Assembly (NCBI GenBank): GCA_965603825.1
Contig: CBFDEM010000037.1
Span: forward strand, 372,001 to 436,000
Direction: 5' to 3'
Length of the DNA: 64,000 nt
DNA from: Blepharisma stoltei ATCC 30299
Taxonomy: Eukaryota > Protista > Ciliophora
The first letter of the stretch is position 1, and every line of letters begins with the position of its first letter. Positions 21,498 through 33,968 of this stretch are shown here, in pieces. The notes beneath the pieces are model-generated. The model saw only the letters and a program-made list of their open reading frames with translations, ran no database searches and was not told the DNA's origin. The translations under genes and the position numbers were made by a program.

Positions 21498-24400
21498 ATG
21501 GAAGTAACTGAGGCTCTTTATACATGACTTCAACAGTTCAATGTCCTAAAACAAAACCCTATAGAATCAGACGGACAGATTTATATTCACGAATTAGATG
21601 CACAGGCGTTTGAATCTGGACTTAGATTTGTCCCGTTAATTAAACGACTCAATAAAGTTCTTAATAAGTTAGAAAGAGAAGCAACGCCAATGCCTGAAAT
21701 AAATTCATTAAAGGACACAAGCTCCGCAGCAGCTAAGCTATACAACTGAAATGTTTTAATCAGGGCTCTTGAAACTGTTGGAGTTACAATTGATTCAGAT
21801 ATGAAAGCACTTATCGTTGCTGGAGATCGAGCCATGGTAACTGAAGTGCTAAAGAGCCTGTATGAGACCGAACAGAGGGTGATGAGCAAAGACTCGTCAC
21901 AAATCATTGCGAAAAAGAAAAAATTCAAACCAAAAATAAGCCCGGACGGAGCTTTATTGTTGGATAACGTAGAAGTGGAGTGTCCTTTAGATGAAGCACA
22001 GAGTTCTTTGGAATTTTTAATATTATCACTTTGTCAGAGTTTCCAACTAACAATCAAGCAAAGTGCGGGACTATTGACACAAAATGGAAAATTTTTGAAC
22101 CAAGTGCTAGTAAAAGGACTGAGAGGACAGTTTTATCCTGTGATAAGCTGATATGAAAAATTAACTGAAAGCGCTGATATTTTAGCAAGGCTTATTGAAA
22201 AAGAAATAGAAACTGGAGCTTTGACTCTAGTCATGGACTCTATTAAGCCAGGCTTGCAAAGCAAAGATGTGGGAGTTGTGAAGCAGTGCTGCAAGTTTTT
22301 GGAGAGAATAAAAACTTACTTGAGAAATGAAGAAGACCAAATAGTGGGCTGGTTTCTTCAAGATCCTTATACTCAGATTTTAAAAGGCCTTGATTTCTTT
22401 AAAGTGGAACTGACGAATTATGTGGCTGATATTTTTGTGGAGTATGGAAGATATAGACTAATAGAGTTTTTTGGGGAAAAATTGCAGCAGTATTATGGAG
22501 AAATGGCGAAATATTTTAATAGTTTGCTAGCCTTGCTGCCATACATGATAAGTGATATGGAATTGATAGCGCAGCTCGAAATCCAAGGGCTGGTAAAATA
22601 TTGGGTTGAAGTTGGATTAAGGGAATCTGAAGCAGACCCTGATAAGGTTTCTCCTAAAAGACTGAGTGCTTTAGCTTTTATATGTGATATCTGGTGCATG
22701 TTTCCTGTCTATATTGAAAATAATGAAGAAACTGCAAATTCAATTTTGACAATACTAAAACGAGCATGCAGAGAAAAATCAAGAGGATTAAAAATTTTTT
22801 GTTTTGGAAGACTTTTTGCTTTGCTTTCTAGTTTTTCTGCTTGTAGAAACTCGTATGCTCCAATTATATACAAAACCCTTACTTTCTCTCTTGTCGAAAA
22901 TTATTCTTTTGACAGGCTCAGAGAATTTATGCTTTCAAATTTTATAGTGATTTTCGAAGAAATTCAAAGTCTTCCGATTGGAATCTTAATGGAGCCAGTA
23001 TCTAAGCAATTCCAAGTACTTGCAAGGCCAAAATACAATACAACTGACTTCGACTACTACATAGCATGTGCAAGGCATCCTATGCTAACTTTGAAGCATG
23101 CAGTTCTAGCTATTGATGTTCTAGGCCGCATTTATTTAAATGATGTCGCTTTCGCAAAAGCAGCTGAAATTCCATTTATGCTAATGGCTGGCCGATTTAT
23201 AGACTCCAACCCTATGCAGGAATATCTAACTAAATTTTTCAATTTAGGCTTAAAGCTTCTATACACAAAAATGAAAGAAAAAACTGAAAGCGGAAGAGAA
23301 TCACCTACAAAAGATGAAATAGAAGATGACAGGAGTTTCAGACACATGAAAAATTTGATACTCGGGCTTATTGAAAAAATATTGAGGATTGGAAACTCAG
23401 ACATGAATTCTCTGGTTAAAGATATTTTAGTTTTTGCTAATGGCGAAGTCAAAAGAGTAACAGGATTAAATATGAGAGGGATCATGGGGCTATTAGAAAT
23501 CATTGGAGATCCAGCTTATTTTATTGAGTCTTATGAAACTTCTCAAAGGTCAATTGTACCTGTGTCGGATTCTGGAAGAAATTATCCGAGCTCTTTAATT
23601 TCAAGATCAGCAGCTGATACTGTGTCTGATATAAATAAAGGGACAATGACAACCATCTCCAATATTCCTCGAGGAAGAGTCCTCAGCGACATTGCAAAAC
23701 TAAAGCAAAAAAGAGTTGAAAAAGAAGCCAAGGAAAGAGCTCAGTCAGAGCAAAGAAAAAGAGATGATGAAAGGAAAAAGAGAGCACTGAGAAATCAAAT
23801 TGAAAAAAGAAGAATTGCTTTAGGCGTTGAAGGAAAAAATGATGACCAGCCAGTATTCATTAAAGAACCAATTATATTAGCAAATGAAATATCTATTAAG
23901 CCTGTCAATGAGGAAACTGAAGATGAGCAAGAAATGATAAATATTATCATGAAAAAATACACAAGAGTGTCAAAGCTACTGTATAACAAATATGCTGGGA
24001 CAGTAATTAAGCCTGATGTTTTGGAAAAAGAAACCTTTGACAGTATAAATAAAAGAGTTGGCCTAATGACTGAAGGCCAAGTAACTAAGCTGCTTAGAGA
24101 GCAAGGCATAACAAATTCAATGATTTCTACTGAAGACATTAAAAGACTCTATGCCATGATAATTCACGCCAATGGAACAGTTATGGATTTTGACAATTTT
24201 ATGCAATTTATGTACCAGCTTTCACTGATAATTTATAGTAAATTCCCAAATACTTTATCTCAATTTCCTGCTGCTATCTGCATGAATGCGTTATATGAGC
24301 ACATGAAAAATTCCTCAGCAGGTGTTGCTGTCCCTAAATACCTTTATGAGGAGCCTGATCCAGGAGCCGGAGACAGAGAAGTAGTTGCAATGCTAAATGA

Positions 24401-25949
24401 TTTACTTTTAAAAGATCCAAGCACAGAAATCCCTGAAGGTTACAAAAAAGTCAAGGACAAAGAGCTTAAAATATTGTATGAAGTTCCTTCTGAATTGGGC
24501 CTTCCTGAAAGTCAGAAGATATGCGCAGAAATTGTGGACTCCATTATTTTTGATTATTTAAATACACATTTTCTTCAGCCTGTTATAAAAATTGAAACTT
24601 ATACAAGAGCACGTGGAGTTTTAACAAAGCCACAAATTCAGGAAAAATCGCCATCATTAGGAGTTCCAGCCCATAAGGCAGCTTATAAAGCTCTCCCATT
24701 GCCTGCATATCTAAAGCTGACTCCAGGGATAAAAATAACTTTAAACAAGCTATCTCCATACTATTCAAATGATTTACTCTTAGAATGTGCAAGAGTTCTT
24801 GATGATTTAGTATATACTGTCGATAGCAATAACCCAATATTAATTAGCAGAAATCCTAAAGCAGCTGGTTCAGTTCCCAATAGAATCACTGAACAGCGAG
24901 AGTATGAAGTTAGCCAAGCTAAAACAGAGCAAGAAAAAGCTGAAGCTAAGAGGAAACAAAGAAAGCAAATATTGGAAGAACAACTCAGAAGAGAAAGAAT
25001 GGAAAAAGAAATGAAACAGAAAGAAGAAGAGGAAGCCAAACGAAGAGAAGAAGAACTCACTCGCCAGCGAAAAAAGCGAGAAAAGGAACAAAAAGAAAAG
25101 GAAAAAGCTGAAATTGATAAAAAAATCAAAGAATTCCACTCAAAAAAAGACGAAGAGGAAGCCAAAAAGCGACAAGAAGAAATCCAAGCTAAATTATCTA
25201 TTGAGGAAAAAAAGAAAAAAGAAAGGGAAGAGTTCTTAAAAGTGATCAATAAAAGGCTCACTGAAGTGTTTGATAAAAAGAAAGAAGAAAAGAAGAATTT
25301 AGTTGTAATAGAAGAAAACAAAGTAAAAGAAAACATTGTGAGAAAAGAGGCGCAAAGAAGGCTCTCAAAAATAGCACTTGAAGATGGGAGAGCTAAAAGG
25401 GAAGAAGAAAGGAAAATCAATGAAAAAATATCTCTTGCAATTGTTGACGAAGAAGTCCAAAACTTATTCTCAGAGTATGCAGGAGGGCTAGAAGTACTCT
25501 TTAATTATTATTGCAAAGCGGCAAGCTCGGTGGAAACGTTGCCATTAGCAGGGTTTAATAAATTCGTGGGGCAGTTTAATATATGTCCAATACTTTTGTC
25601 GAATGATGAAGCTATTAAAATATACAGATATTTGACCAAGCATAAAGAAAGTGTTTTAGAGCTGAATCTTGATGAATTTAAAGAAGCTATGATAAGAATT
25701 TCGTTCCAAGCTAAATCTATTCTTGAGCAAGAAGTTGAGAAGTCTCTAGATACAAATTTTGAATTAATGAAAAGTTTCTTCAATTGGATTTTAATACCTA
25801 AAGAGACTGCCAAGGCTTTGGATTTCATGAAGAAGTTGACAGCCACTCAACAAATTTTGAATCCAAGAGACAAAAAGAGGTTAAAAAATACGCTTCTGAA
25901 GAGTGTCAGTGAAGGAATTTCTGAGCCTCTTAAACAATTTGAAGATTAA
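21498..25949 (+). CDS. Large (1483 aa) protein: N-terminal CH-like domain, helical solenoid, EF-hand-like segments and long E/K/R coiled coils
   Basis: One frame from ATG 21498 with TGA(Trp) at 21525, 21747 and 22149. AKLYNWNVL..AL..VGV.ID.D.K.LIVAGD..MV..VL..LY resembles SPEF1/2-type calponin-homology domains. Confidence 0.8.
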
Positions 25950-26039
25950 TGTTAAATAAAATAATAATTGTTCAATATATTATATCGATTCTTAACCTAT
26001 TAGCTTATATAATCAATAAAATTTCTTAGAATTTTCAAA

Positions 26040-26849
26040 TTATATTAGCATCTTCATCATATCTTTTAATTTTTCATCTATATCTGTGAAGCCTTCTTGA
26101 TCGACAATAATTTCACAATTCACTTTAGTTTTTTCTGGTATTTGCATTAAATCAATTTTAATCAATTCTTTTCCTTCTTTCTTGCCTTTTTCTTTAACTC
26201 AAGGACTACCTTTTTCAAACTGTCCAGTAAACAAAATCTTTTTAATGCAGTTTCTAAAGACAAAAAGGATTATATCTTTATCATTTGATTTACTGTGGAG
26301 GATTTCTCCGACGCCATCACCTTTCTTTTTATCTCCAACTTTAAATTTGCAGTCAAAATTAATTTTCTTTTCGTATTTCATTTCATTGCTTGGCAAGATT
26401 CTTCTCGGAGTAATATTTTCTTCAGCCACTAAGCTTCGTAGCAGTTCTTCAGTTTTTTCTTTTGAGATTTCTCCAATTAGTGATTCAAAGCATGAGGACT
26501 TGACAAGCTTGGTTGGAGTTTCTTTTCGTGCATCTGAATTTTTAATATCAGTGGCTTTAGTCAAAAAAGGATTTGGCAAGTTTGCTAAAGAAGCAAAAGG
26601 ATTCGGCTTATTTATTGCACTTTCAAACGGATTAATAGGTTTCTTAGGTTCTTCTTTAGAATTTTCAGGCTTAAAGACTGGCTTGTAGTCTGAACTTAAA
26701 ATCGAATTTTCTCCTAAGGAAGGACGTATAACTTTATAAATTTTTCTTTCTTTATCCTGATCTTTTTCTTCATCTCTTAAAGTATCTTCTGTGTATTGTG
26801 GAAGTGTTTCTATATCAGGCTCTAATTGAAACTCAGCCCGCCTTTTCAT
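26040..26849 (-). CDS. Nup50/Nup2-like nucleoporin (269 aa)
   Basis: N-terminal MKRRAEFQL...RKIYKVIR importin-alpha-binding-like motif, NPF repeats and a C-terminal RanBD-like GVGEI...FVFRN..KKILF. Extended through TGA 26199 to TAA 26040. Confidence 0.6.
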
Positions 26850-27191
26850 TTTAATTTTACTTAGTTATTATAGCAACTAATAACTTTATTATTTTAAAAT
26901 AAAAATCTAAAAAGCTAGTAATTAAAATGCAAGTAATAATTATCAGGCTTTCGCATCTGCTAATAAATCAGCCATCTGGAAAAAGACAAGGAATAAACAA
27001 TTATAGTTGTCTTTAATTGTTAAATAAATCATTAAAAGTGAATAGGTTGAGTTTTAGATATTAAGATATTGCTATTCTTTTAACATTATTTATGCATATT
27101 TGGAAGCAAAAATAGTAAATTATCTCTGCCAATCAGTGTTATGAATTTTCTTAAAATTGTTGAAAGTGGCATTTTTTTGAATTATTAAAAT

Positions 27192-28451
27192 ATGAAGCTT
27201 AAGAAATTCTTATTGAGGTATTATCCTCCCGGAATTATCCTTGAATACATTCGATCGAATGGCCAAGGAGAAAGCAAATATATCGACCTGCTGAATTTAA
27301 CCCCACAAACTGATGTAGATGCATTAGTTGACCAAATCCTTCTTGAAGAGCCTGCAATTTCCCAATCTAGAAAACCTCAGCTAAGGAAGCTGATAATAAA
27401 GCTAATGGAAAAATTGCAAACGAACAAAAGCCAGCGTTTCGAGCTTTTTAAAACTCTAAAAGCTCACATTCTTCCTCTAACAAATTGTGCATTCAATAAA
27501 TCCGGTGACAAATTCATAACAGGCTCATATGATAGAACTTGCAAAGTCTGGGACACTACAACAGGTCAAGAGCTTCATAGTTTAGAAGGCCACAAAAACG
27601 TTGTATATGCAATAGCTTTCAATAATCCTTATGGAGATCGAGTGGCAACTGGATCTTTTGACAGGACTGCCAAGCTATGAGACACAAATACAGGAGAATG
27701 CTTATATACGCTGAGAGGCCACCAAAAGGAAATCGTTTGCCTTAACTTCGATACGAATGGATTTTTATTTGCCACTGGGTCTATGGACCAAACAGCTTCT
27801 GTTTGGGATGTAGAAACTGGGCAGCAAGTCTGCTCATTTGCAGGACACACTGGAGAAATCGTGAGTATTATGTTTAATACTGATGGAGACAAAGTGCTTA
27901 CTGGGTCTTTCGATTTCTCTTCGAGAATTTGGGACACAAGAACTGGACTATGCATTAGAGTCCTTGAAGGTCATGCAGGAGAAATTTCTAATGCACAGTT
28001 TGATTTTTCTGGAGATTTTGTAGCATCTGGGTCTATTGATCATACATGCAAATTGTGGGATGTGGGAAGTGGAAAATGCATCGAAACCCTTAGAGGTCAT
28101 ACAAATGAGGTGCTAGATGTGGCGTTTAATTCAACCGGAACAAAGCTTATAACTGCATCAGCTGACACCTATGCGAGAGTGTATAATGTATTGACAAACG
28201 CATGTGTAGGAATCTTAGTTGGGCATGAAGGGGAAATTTCAAAAGTTTCATTTAACCCACAAGGAACGAAAATAATCACAGCAAGTAATGATAGGACTTG
28301 CAGAATTTGGGACTCAGAAAGTGGAGAATGCTTACAAACTCTAGAAGGACACACTGATGAAATATTTTCATGCGCCTTTAATTATGAAGGGGACACTATT
28401 ATAACAGGGTCAAAAGACAATACGTGCCGGATCTGGAAGGATACTGCTTAG
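27192..28451 (+). CDS. DAW1: Dynein assembly factor with WD repeats (ODA16/WDR69), 419 aa
   Basis: [52 protein letters not shown] and about eight WD40 repeats; TAKL[TGA=W]D at 27678. Confidence 0.95.
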
Positions 28452-28484
28452 CCCTAATAGATTAAGATAAATAAATTAATAAAA

Positions 28485-29015
28485 ATGCTTCTAAATGATT
28501 TGCCAAGTGATGAAAGCGATTCAGACTACGAACCTGATCAAAAAGAAGACGAAAAACAAGAAAAAGCTGAGTCAAGAGACCTTGATAAAGCTAAGGCTGA
28601 GCTAGAACAAATTAAGCAAGAGGTAAGCACACAAAAAATCGAAAAACCCAAAGAAAACAGCTTAGAAGAAGCCTTGAAAATTGCGCAAAAAATCAAAGAG
28701 TCAGAATCAGCTCCGCAAATGCAAACAATTAAAGCTAAATTTGCAGGAGAAAACCTAGGAGTTCTTCCAATAAAACGAGGTCGGGCAAGCTTAGACCAGC
28801 TTGCTTCCGAGCTTACTAAAAAGAAATCCATAACATCGGTAAGCAAGTCCAAACTTGACTGAGAGAAATATAAAGAACAGAATAATCTCGAAGACGATTT
28901 GGCGAAAAATAGAAAAGATGGATACCTTGGGAAGAAAGATTTTCTCGATCTCGCAAAAGAGAGAGAAAAAAGTAGACTTTCAGAAATGAAGAGAAAAAGA
29001 TACAATGATAATTAA
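28485..29015 (+). CDS. CFDP1: BCNT-domain protein (CFDP1/Swc5), 176 aa
   Basis: Acidic SDESDSDYEPD N-terminus; KSKLD[TGA=W]EKYKEQNNLEDDLAKNRKDGYLGKKDFL is the BCNT-C motif. Confidence 0.88.
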
Positions 29016-29028
29016 AAGTTTTTCTAAA

Positions 29029-29577
29029 TTAAACCTTTTCTAGTGAGTGCAATAGTTTTTCTTGTTCAATTACATCATCTACATATTTATGGATTACTTC
29101 AATTGCTTTGCTTTGCAAGTGTTTGAGGTATTTTACTCTTTTATGAAGGGATTTACGATAAAACTCATTTTGTTTATGATACATATTCTTTAGATTTCCC
29201 AATTTTGGGTTTTCATTCAAATTGTGAATTTGATGTAATATATTTTCTTCTGATTTCTGTATCAGAGCTTGTTTAATTAAATGTGGGTTTTTACCGTTTC
29301 CAGCAATGATTTTTCGTGGGGGAGATCTTGATTTATTTTTTGGGCTATTACTGCCAGAGCTCTCATGGTGGATCTTGTAATATAACTTCTTGCGGGGAGA
29401 ATGACTTAAATCATTCTTTAATGATGGATTAAATCTCATTTCGAGATAAGCTTTGGACGCATGAAAGGAGCTATCTCTAAAATGGTTCATTGGTGATGCT
29501 TCTCTATGAGGTAAAGGAGTAATACTGCTCAATTTGGGCACACTATTTGATGGCTTTCCCAGAAGTGAAACTTTCAT
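29029..29577 (-). CDS. Basic hypothetical protein (182 aa)
   Basis: ATG-to-TAA ORF with coding-like composition; no recognised domain. Confidence 0.6.
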   Translation of the reverse strand: MKVSLLGKPSNSVPKLSSITPLPHREASPMNHFRDSSFHASKAYLEMRFNPSLKNDLSHSPRKKLYYKIHHESSGSNSPKNKSRSPPRKIIAGNGKNPHLIKQALIQKSEENILHQIHNLNENPKLGNLKNMYHKQNEFYRKSLHKRVKYLKHLQSKAIEVIHKYVDDVIEQEKLLHSLEKV

Positions 29578-29728
29578 TCAAAATTAGTTAAATTAATTGA
29601 TAATTTACGACAAAATGCTGACTGAAAAGCTGGCTACTGAAAATGGCAAATTGCAAAGGTATAATATTTTTTGATAAATTTATCTACATGACTAATATTA
29701 AGCACTACTAAAATGCATGGGAAATTTA

Positions 29729-30328
29729 TTAAATCATTTTCTTAGATTTAAAAAACTTCTTTAAATAAAGGATCTGCACAATTGCAATAGCAGCCAAGAA
29801 TACAAGCGTCACAATTGAATAGCTTATCACCCTTGAATAAATTGTTTCATTTGTATTCCTCATCTGCTCTTCTCTTTCCCTTATATATTGCAGCTCTTTA
29901 TGAATCTGTGTGCTTGTTTCTGATACTTTAACCACCATTAGCTCTGTTTCTTTCAATTCTTTGGTTGATGCGATATTTGTGTAATCCTTGGCAGCAATTC
30001 CTATTTTCACGTCTACAGAAATGGTGACACTTTCTTTTCCTCCGTTAGTTATGCAAATATTATGAGCTCCTGCTTCTTCGGCTGTGAAGCTAAAGATTGA
30101 GCGATTCACATTTTGGCTTGTGTGTATCTGTTTTTTGCTGGGATTCATAATTTGAACAGAAAGGAATTTCTGGTCAACTCGTTTGTTTTTTATCAAGACT
30201 TCTCCGACTAACAGTGTGCCAGTGCTCATGTCTTCTCCAAAGCATTGTGTGTAGCTTGGGCCTAAGTTGAACTCGAAAGAAGAGGTGCAAAAGAGTAGAA
30301 AAAGAAATATCAGCAGCTTGTTTACCAT
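29729..30328 (-). CDS. p24/emp24/gp25L cargo receptor (TMED10/Erv25-like)
   Basis: Signal peptide, GOLD domain (CFGED...ICITN), YIREREEQMRNTNE, TM helix and a YLKKFFKSKKMI tail. Confidence 0.92.
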   Translation of the reverse strand: MVNKLLIFLFLLFCTSSFEFNLGPSYTQCFGEDMSTGTLLVGEVLIKNKRVDQKFLSVQIMNPSKKQIHTSQNVNRSIFSFTAEEAGAHNICITNGGKESVTISVDVKIGIAAKDYTNIASTKELKETELMVVKVSETSTQIHKELQYIREREEQMRNTNETIYSRVISYSIVTLVFLAAIAIVQILYLKKFFKSKKMI

Positions 30329-30477
30329 TGTTACTTATAAGATAAATAAAGATTGCATTGTTTTGGACTGTTTTCTTATTAGGGCATATCTTTTAAATAT
30401 ATAATTTATATGAAGTATGCAATTAAATATGTAATTGATTTAATGTTTATAAAAATATGAGCTGACAGAGATTACGT

Positions 30478-30541
30478 TATTCATGATGACAGTGCGCAGG
30501 GGGCTCTTACTAGATGCTGATAATGCGCTTGCTGATACTCT
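30478..30541 (+). ncRNA. Candidate box C/D guide RNA (snoRNA/scaRNA) with U6-antisense element
   Basis: GC-rich island in an AT-rich intergenic region. Box C ATGATGA 30483-30489; TGCGCAGGGG 30493-30502 is complementary to conserved U6 CCCCUGCGCA; degenerate D'/C'; box D CTGA 30532-30535. Confidence 0.5.
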
Positions 30542-30644
30542 CACTAATTAATTATATATTACTAACAGCTTCTATAAGAAATAGCTTAAATATCCTACAA
30601 TAATCAGAAATCTGTAATAATCTTTTTTTCTCAAATTGTGGCAG

Positions 30645-32568
30645 ATGGATTCAAGCTATAAAGTAAGTATATATCTAGGGTCCTATGGTATTGCAAAGCT
30701 ACTTTAAAAAGCTCAAAAAGGGTAGGAAGATAGGATGATTCATTTCAAAATTCACCAAACGTTGGTTTGTGCTGGATATGATTAGAGGAAATTTTTATTA
30801 CACGGAAAATCATTCCAAAGCAAACCCTGATAAGGTCTACAAATTAAAGGAAATTGGTGATCTTGAAGAGAATCCAAAATCAGTAGAACGTTGTGACTGG
30901 AAATTCCCTTTTATCATTTATGCAATTGACAGGAAATACGTACTTCATGCAGAAACCAGTTCGATAAGGGATGATTGGTGTGCTGCAATAAGATGAGTTA
31001 TTAAAAAAAACCAGATGCCTCGAATTCAATCTAAGAAGAATGGAGAAAATAAAATAAATGTTTCTTTAGATTTATCATATCGAGAAATTGAAAAGGAAAA
31101 GCCTATCGAAGGTCATGAAAACGAGGAAGAAATTTTGGTGGAAAATCAATCAAAAACGTATCAAATTATAACAACAAAAATAAAAAATATGCCGAATATG
31201 AAAACTTTTAAAATCATAAATGCTAAAGAAACAAATCCTTTATCAAATAAAAAACAAAATTGAATTGAAGGAGAAAATAACAAAGAAGACTTAGAAAATA
31301 AAATGGTGATTGATAATATGGTCGATAAAGTAAAAGAAGTAAAACAAGAAGAGGACGATGAAGCGAAGCTCACTGATAGACAGTCTTATCATATTACTCA
31401 TAATGACATATTCAATCATCCCTCAACTATAGAAGATTTTCAATCTGCCCATATTAATTTCAGTCAGAATTATGAAGATACTCGCCATAGAAGGGCGTTC
31501 ATCTCTACCCAAAAAGAGCTTTATTCTGATTACAAGAATGGATCATTTACAAACACTCAAATTTTTGAAGACAAAAGTCATGTAGAAGACTTGGAGTCTT
31601 CAACTCTATCTAAAATCTCAGTTCCAAGTAATATAATCAAAGATAAAGATGTTGAATTCGATCAAAAGGCATTGAAATCTAATTATACTAAAAATCAAAG
31701 CCAAGTCAATACCGCTTCTTTTCAACACCACCGCAAGGTAGCGGAGATAATAGTAGATCCAGTTCAACAGTTTACGCCCAAAGCAGCACCTCCAGCTTAT
31801 AGCAATTCGGCTCCAATTAAAGAGAATAAATCAAACTTAGAGCATACAGAGTATTTATCCCGACTTTCAAATATAAAACCTGTTAGTACTGGCAGATCTC
31901 CAAATGCAATTCGAAGATTAAGAAATACGGCAAACCGACAAAAGATAGAAAACATTTCTTTAGATTTATCAACAAATAGTATTAACAGCCCCAATCGATC
32001 TGTATTTAACAACACCCAGCCAAATATTTCTCCTAAATTAGATGCATCTTTTGAAAATATTGGAGAGGAAAATAATAATTCAAGATTAGAAAGCCAAGAT
32101 TCAGCACCAAGCTCTCCTAAAAAATATAATAAAAAACTTTTAAAGGGGAAGTTTATATATAAAAAAAGCTCCCAACCATCTCCAACTTATAAAGATGTTT
32201 TAGTAAAAAACAGTGCTTTCCAGAATGAAATAGATGATGCCAATAGTAGAGAAAAAATGCTATTAAATATAAACCGTCAGTCTAGCAGAAGTTCCAGTGA
32301 GTCTAGAGGCGAGTCGCCATCTATTTTAGAATCCAAACTTAATCCTCCAATAAGAGAAGTTTCGAGAAGCAAAAAGAAGATTAAGACGGTGCTAGTTGAG
32401 CCAAGCACGGCTAAAGTGCGAGATTCAATTATTAATGAGCTATATCAACCTATAAAGCCAATAACTCAAGTCAAACCCAGGCTCTCTTCCAGCTTCTTCA
32501 GCAGGCAGCAGTCATTCAATTTTGAAACCCGAAAAAACGAACCGACAGAAGAATCTTATATATATTAA
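30645..32568 (+). CDS. PH-domain protein with long disordered Ser/Asn-rich tail (635 aa), one 16-nt intron
   Basis: ATG 30645; intron 30663-30678; LQSYFKKLK...FTKRWFVLD...FYY...RKYVLHAET..IRDDWCAAI is a PH domain; three TGA(Trp) join the track ORFs. Confidence 0.82.
30663..30678 (+). other. 16-nt GT-AG intron
   Basis: gtaagtatatatctag; links ATG 30645 to the PH frame. Confidence 0.7.
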
Positions 32569-32593
32569 TCTGTGATATAAATCCAAAGCGTAT

Positions 32594-33223
32594 TTAGTAA
32601 ATTAAGTCTAATAAGTTATTATAGAAATCGACAAACTCATCAAAATCCACCTTTTCATCAAGCCTCTTATTAGATTTTTCAAACTGTTTGTCCAAAAACG
32701 TTTTGAAATTATCCTTATAAGGGTCATTCAGTCCCAAACAGTTGAAAATATCATTTAACTCAGCATAACCCAAAACTCCAGTTTCATTAATATCCAGCTC
32801 TGTAAAAATCGAGATTGCGTCATCTAGAGCTCTTTGTGCGTAGCTAATATAGTCCACTTCTCTATTTGGGTTCACAAGCTTCAGACGGAATATCTATATA
32901 GGAGTTACGGGTAACTGATTCCTCATTATCATGCTAAACAGGATAAGGAAACGATCCCAGGATATTGTTTGCTCGAGGGTTTCGAGATTAGGCCCAAAGA
33001 ACATGCGATAGTACTTGTCAAGACGGGCTTTTTCCATAGAAAGTCCCATTCTTCTCAATAAGCTAGGGAGTTCTTCCATATCAATCTCAGATGTACCTTC
33101 TATATCGAAATAATTAAAATTTTGTCTTGCAAAGAGTTCTTCTTCTTTGGAGAAATGAGAATCAGAAGGAGTTATCATAACAAGCCTTTTGGTTCGAGGG
33201 CCTCTAATTTTTGATGTATTCAT
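32594..33223 (-). CDS. EF-hand (calmodulin/centrin-like) protein, 204 aa, one 15-nt intron
   Basis: FNYFDIEGTSEIDMEEL, FTELDINETGVLGYAEL and DEKVDFDEFV; the two track ORFs join via intron 32894-32908. Confidence 0.85.
32894..32908 (-). other. 15-nt GT-AG intron
   Basis: gtaactcctatatag (minus strand), phase 0; the acceptor TAG is an in-frame stop. Confidence 0.85.
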
Positions 33224-33452
33224 TATTTAAAGATGTATTAATTTATATTTAGGTTCATTTATTCTAAGAAATTAGTAAGAAATTCAGATACTCAAAGCTG
33301 CCTTGGTGCTATTAAACTCTTTAATGAGTATATGCTGTGCTTTTGTGAGTTTGATTTCAAATCTTATAGATTTTTATGGTATTTAAATTAATTTTATATA
33401 CAGATTATTTTGTTTAAGTCCATAAATCTCGGGTAGATATAGTCAATGCATT

Positions 33453-33875
33453 TTATATTATCTTACTATTTAATCTTTCTCGAAGCTCATGACAAAAGCT
33501 ATTAAAATGATAAGCCATTTCTTCAGCGTCATTTGGAATTCGAGCATTATTTGAATAAACTTGAATGGCTTGCTTTTGAGCTGAGTCAACTTCATCTAGA
33601 AGTCAACTCGAGATTATGTTAGGAATATATTCAGGATCTTCATGTGTATTGAAATCAGGCACTATTACAATATGATCTAAAGCTGAAGTAAGCTTTCCTT
33701 GTAAATAATGTAAATTTGCTGCAGCCAAAGAATATATCCTTAAAATATCTGACCATTTCATTGTTCCGTCTAGTCTAATTCCTTCTAAAGCATGCTTAAT
33801 TTCACTGGCTTTTTGCTTTATGTCCATCAGTTTCTCAATCTGGCTTCCTCTTAAATCAATTGACTTGTCATCCAT
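33453..33875 (-). CDS. Possible Mediator subunit Med8-like protein (140 aa)
   Basis: Extended through TGA 33603 to TAA 33453. The pattern KWSDILRIYS...L..L...L...VIVP.......IPNIISSWL recalls the Med8 N-domain; family call is tentative. Confidence 0.5.
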
Positions 33876-33968
33876 TTAAACTTAATTATTTACAAATAAA
33901 TAAAATTAAGAGTCATTTAATGCGCCAATAATGATGTTTATACTGTCATCAGGGTTTCTAAATATATT

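Noticed and set aside
24761-25420. Long antisense F/S/L-rich ORFs (also 14678, 26182, 28538, 54618 and others)
   Set aside because: These are shadows of E/K/R-rich or otherwise well-supported genes on the opposite strand.
30488-30640. U4 snRNA as the explanation for TGCGCAGGGG
   Set aside because: I see no U4 5' stem-loop, stem I complement or Sm site with flanking hairpins downstream, and the motif is bracketed by C and D boxes instead.
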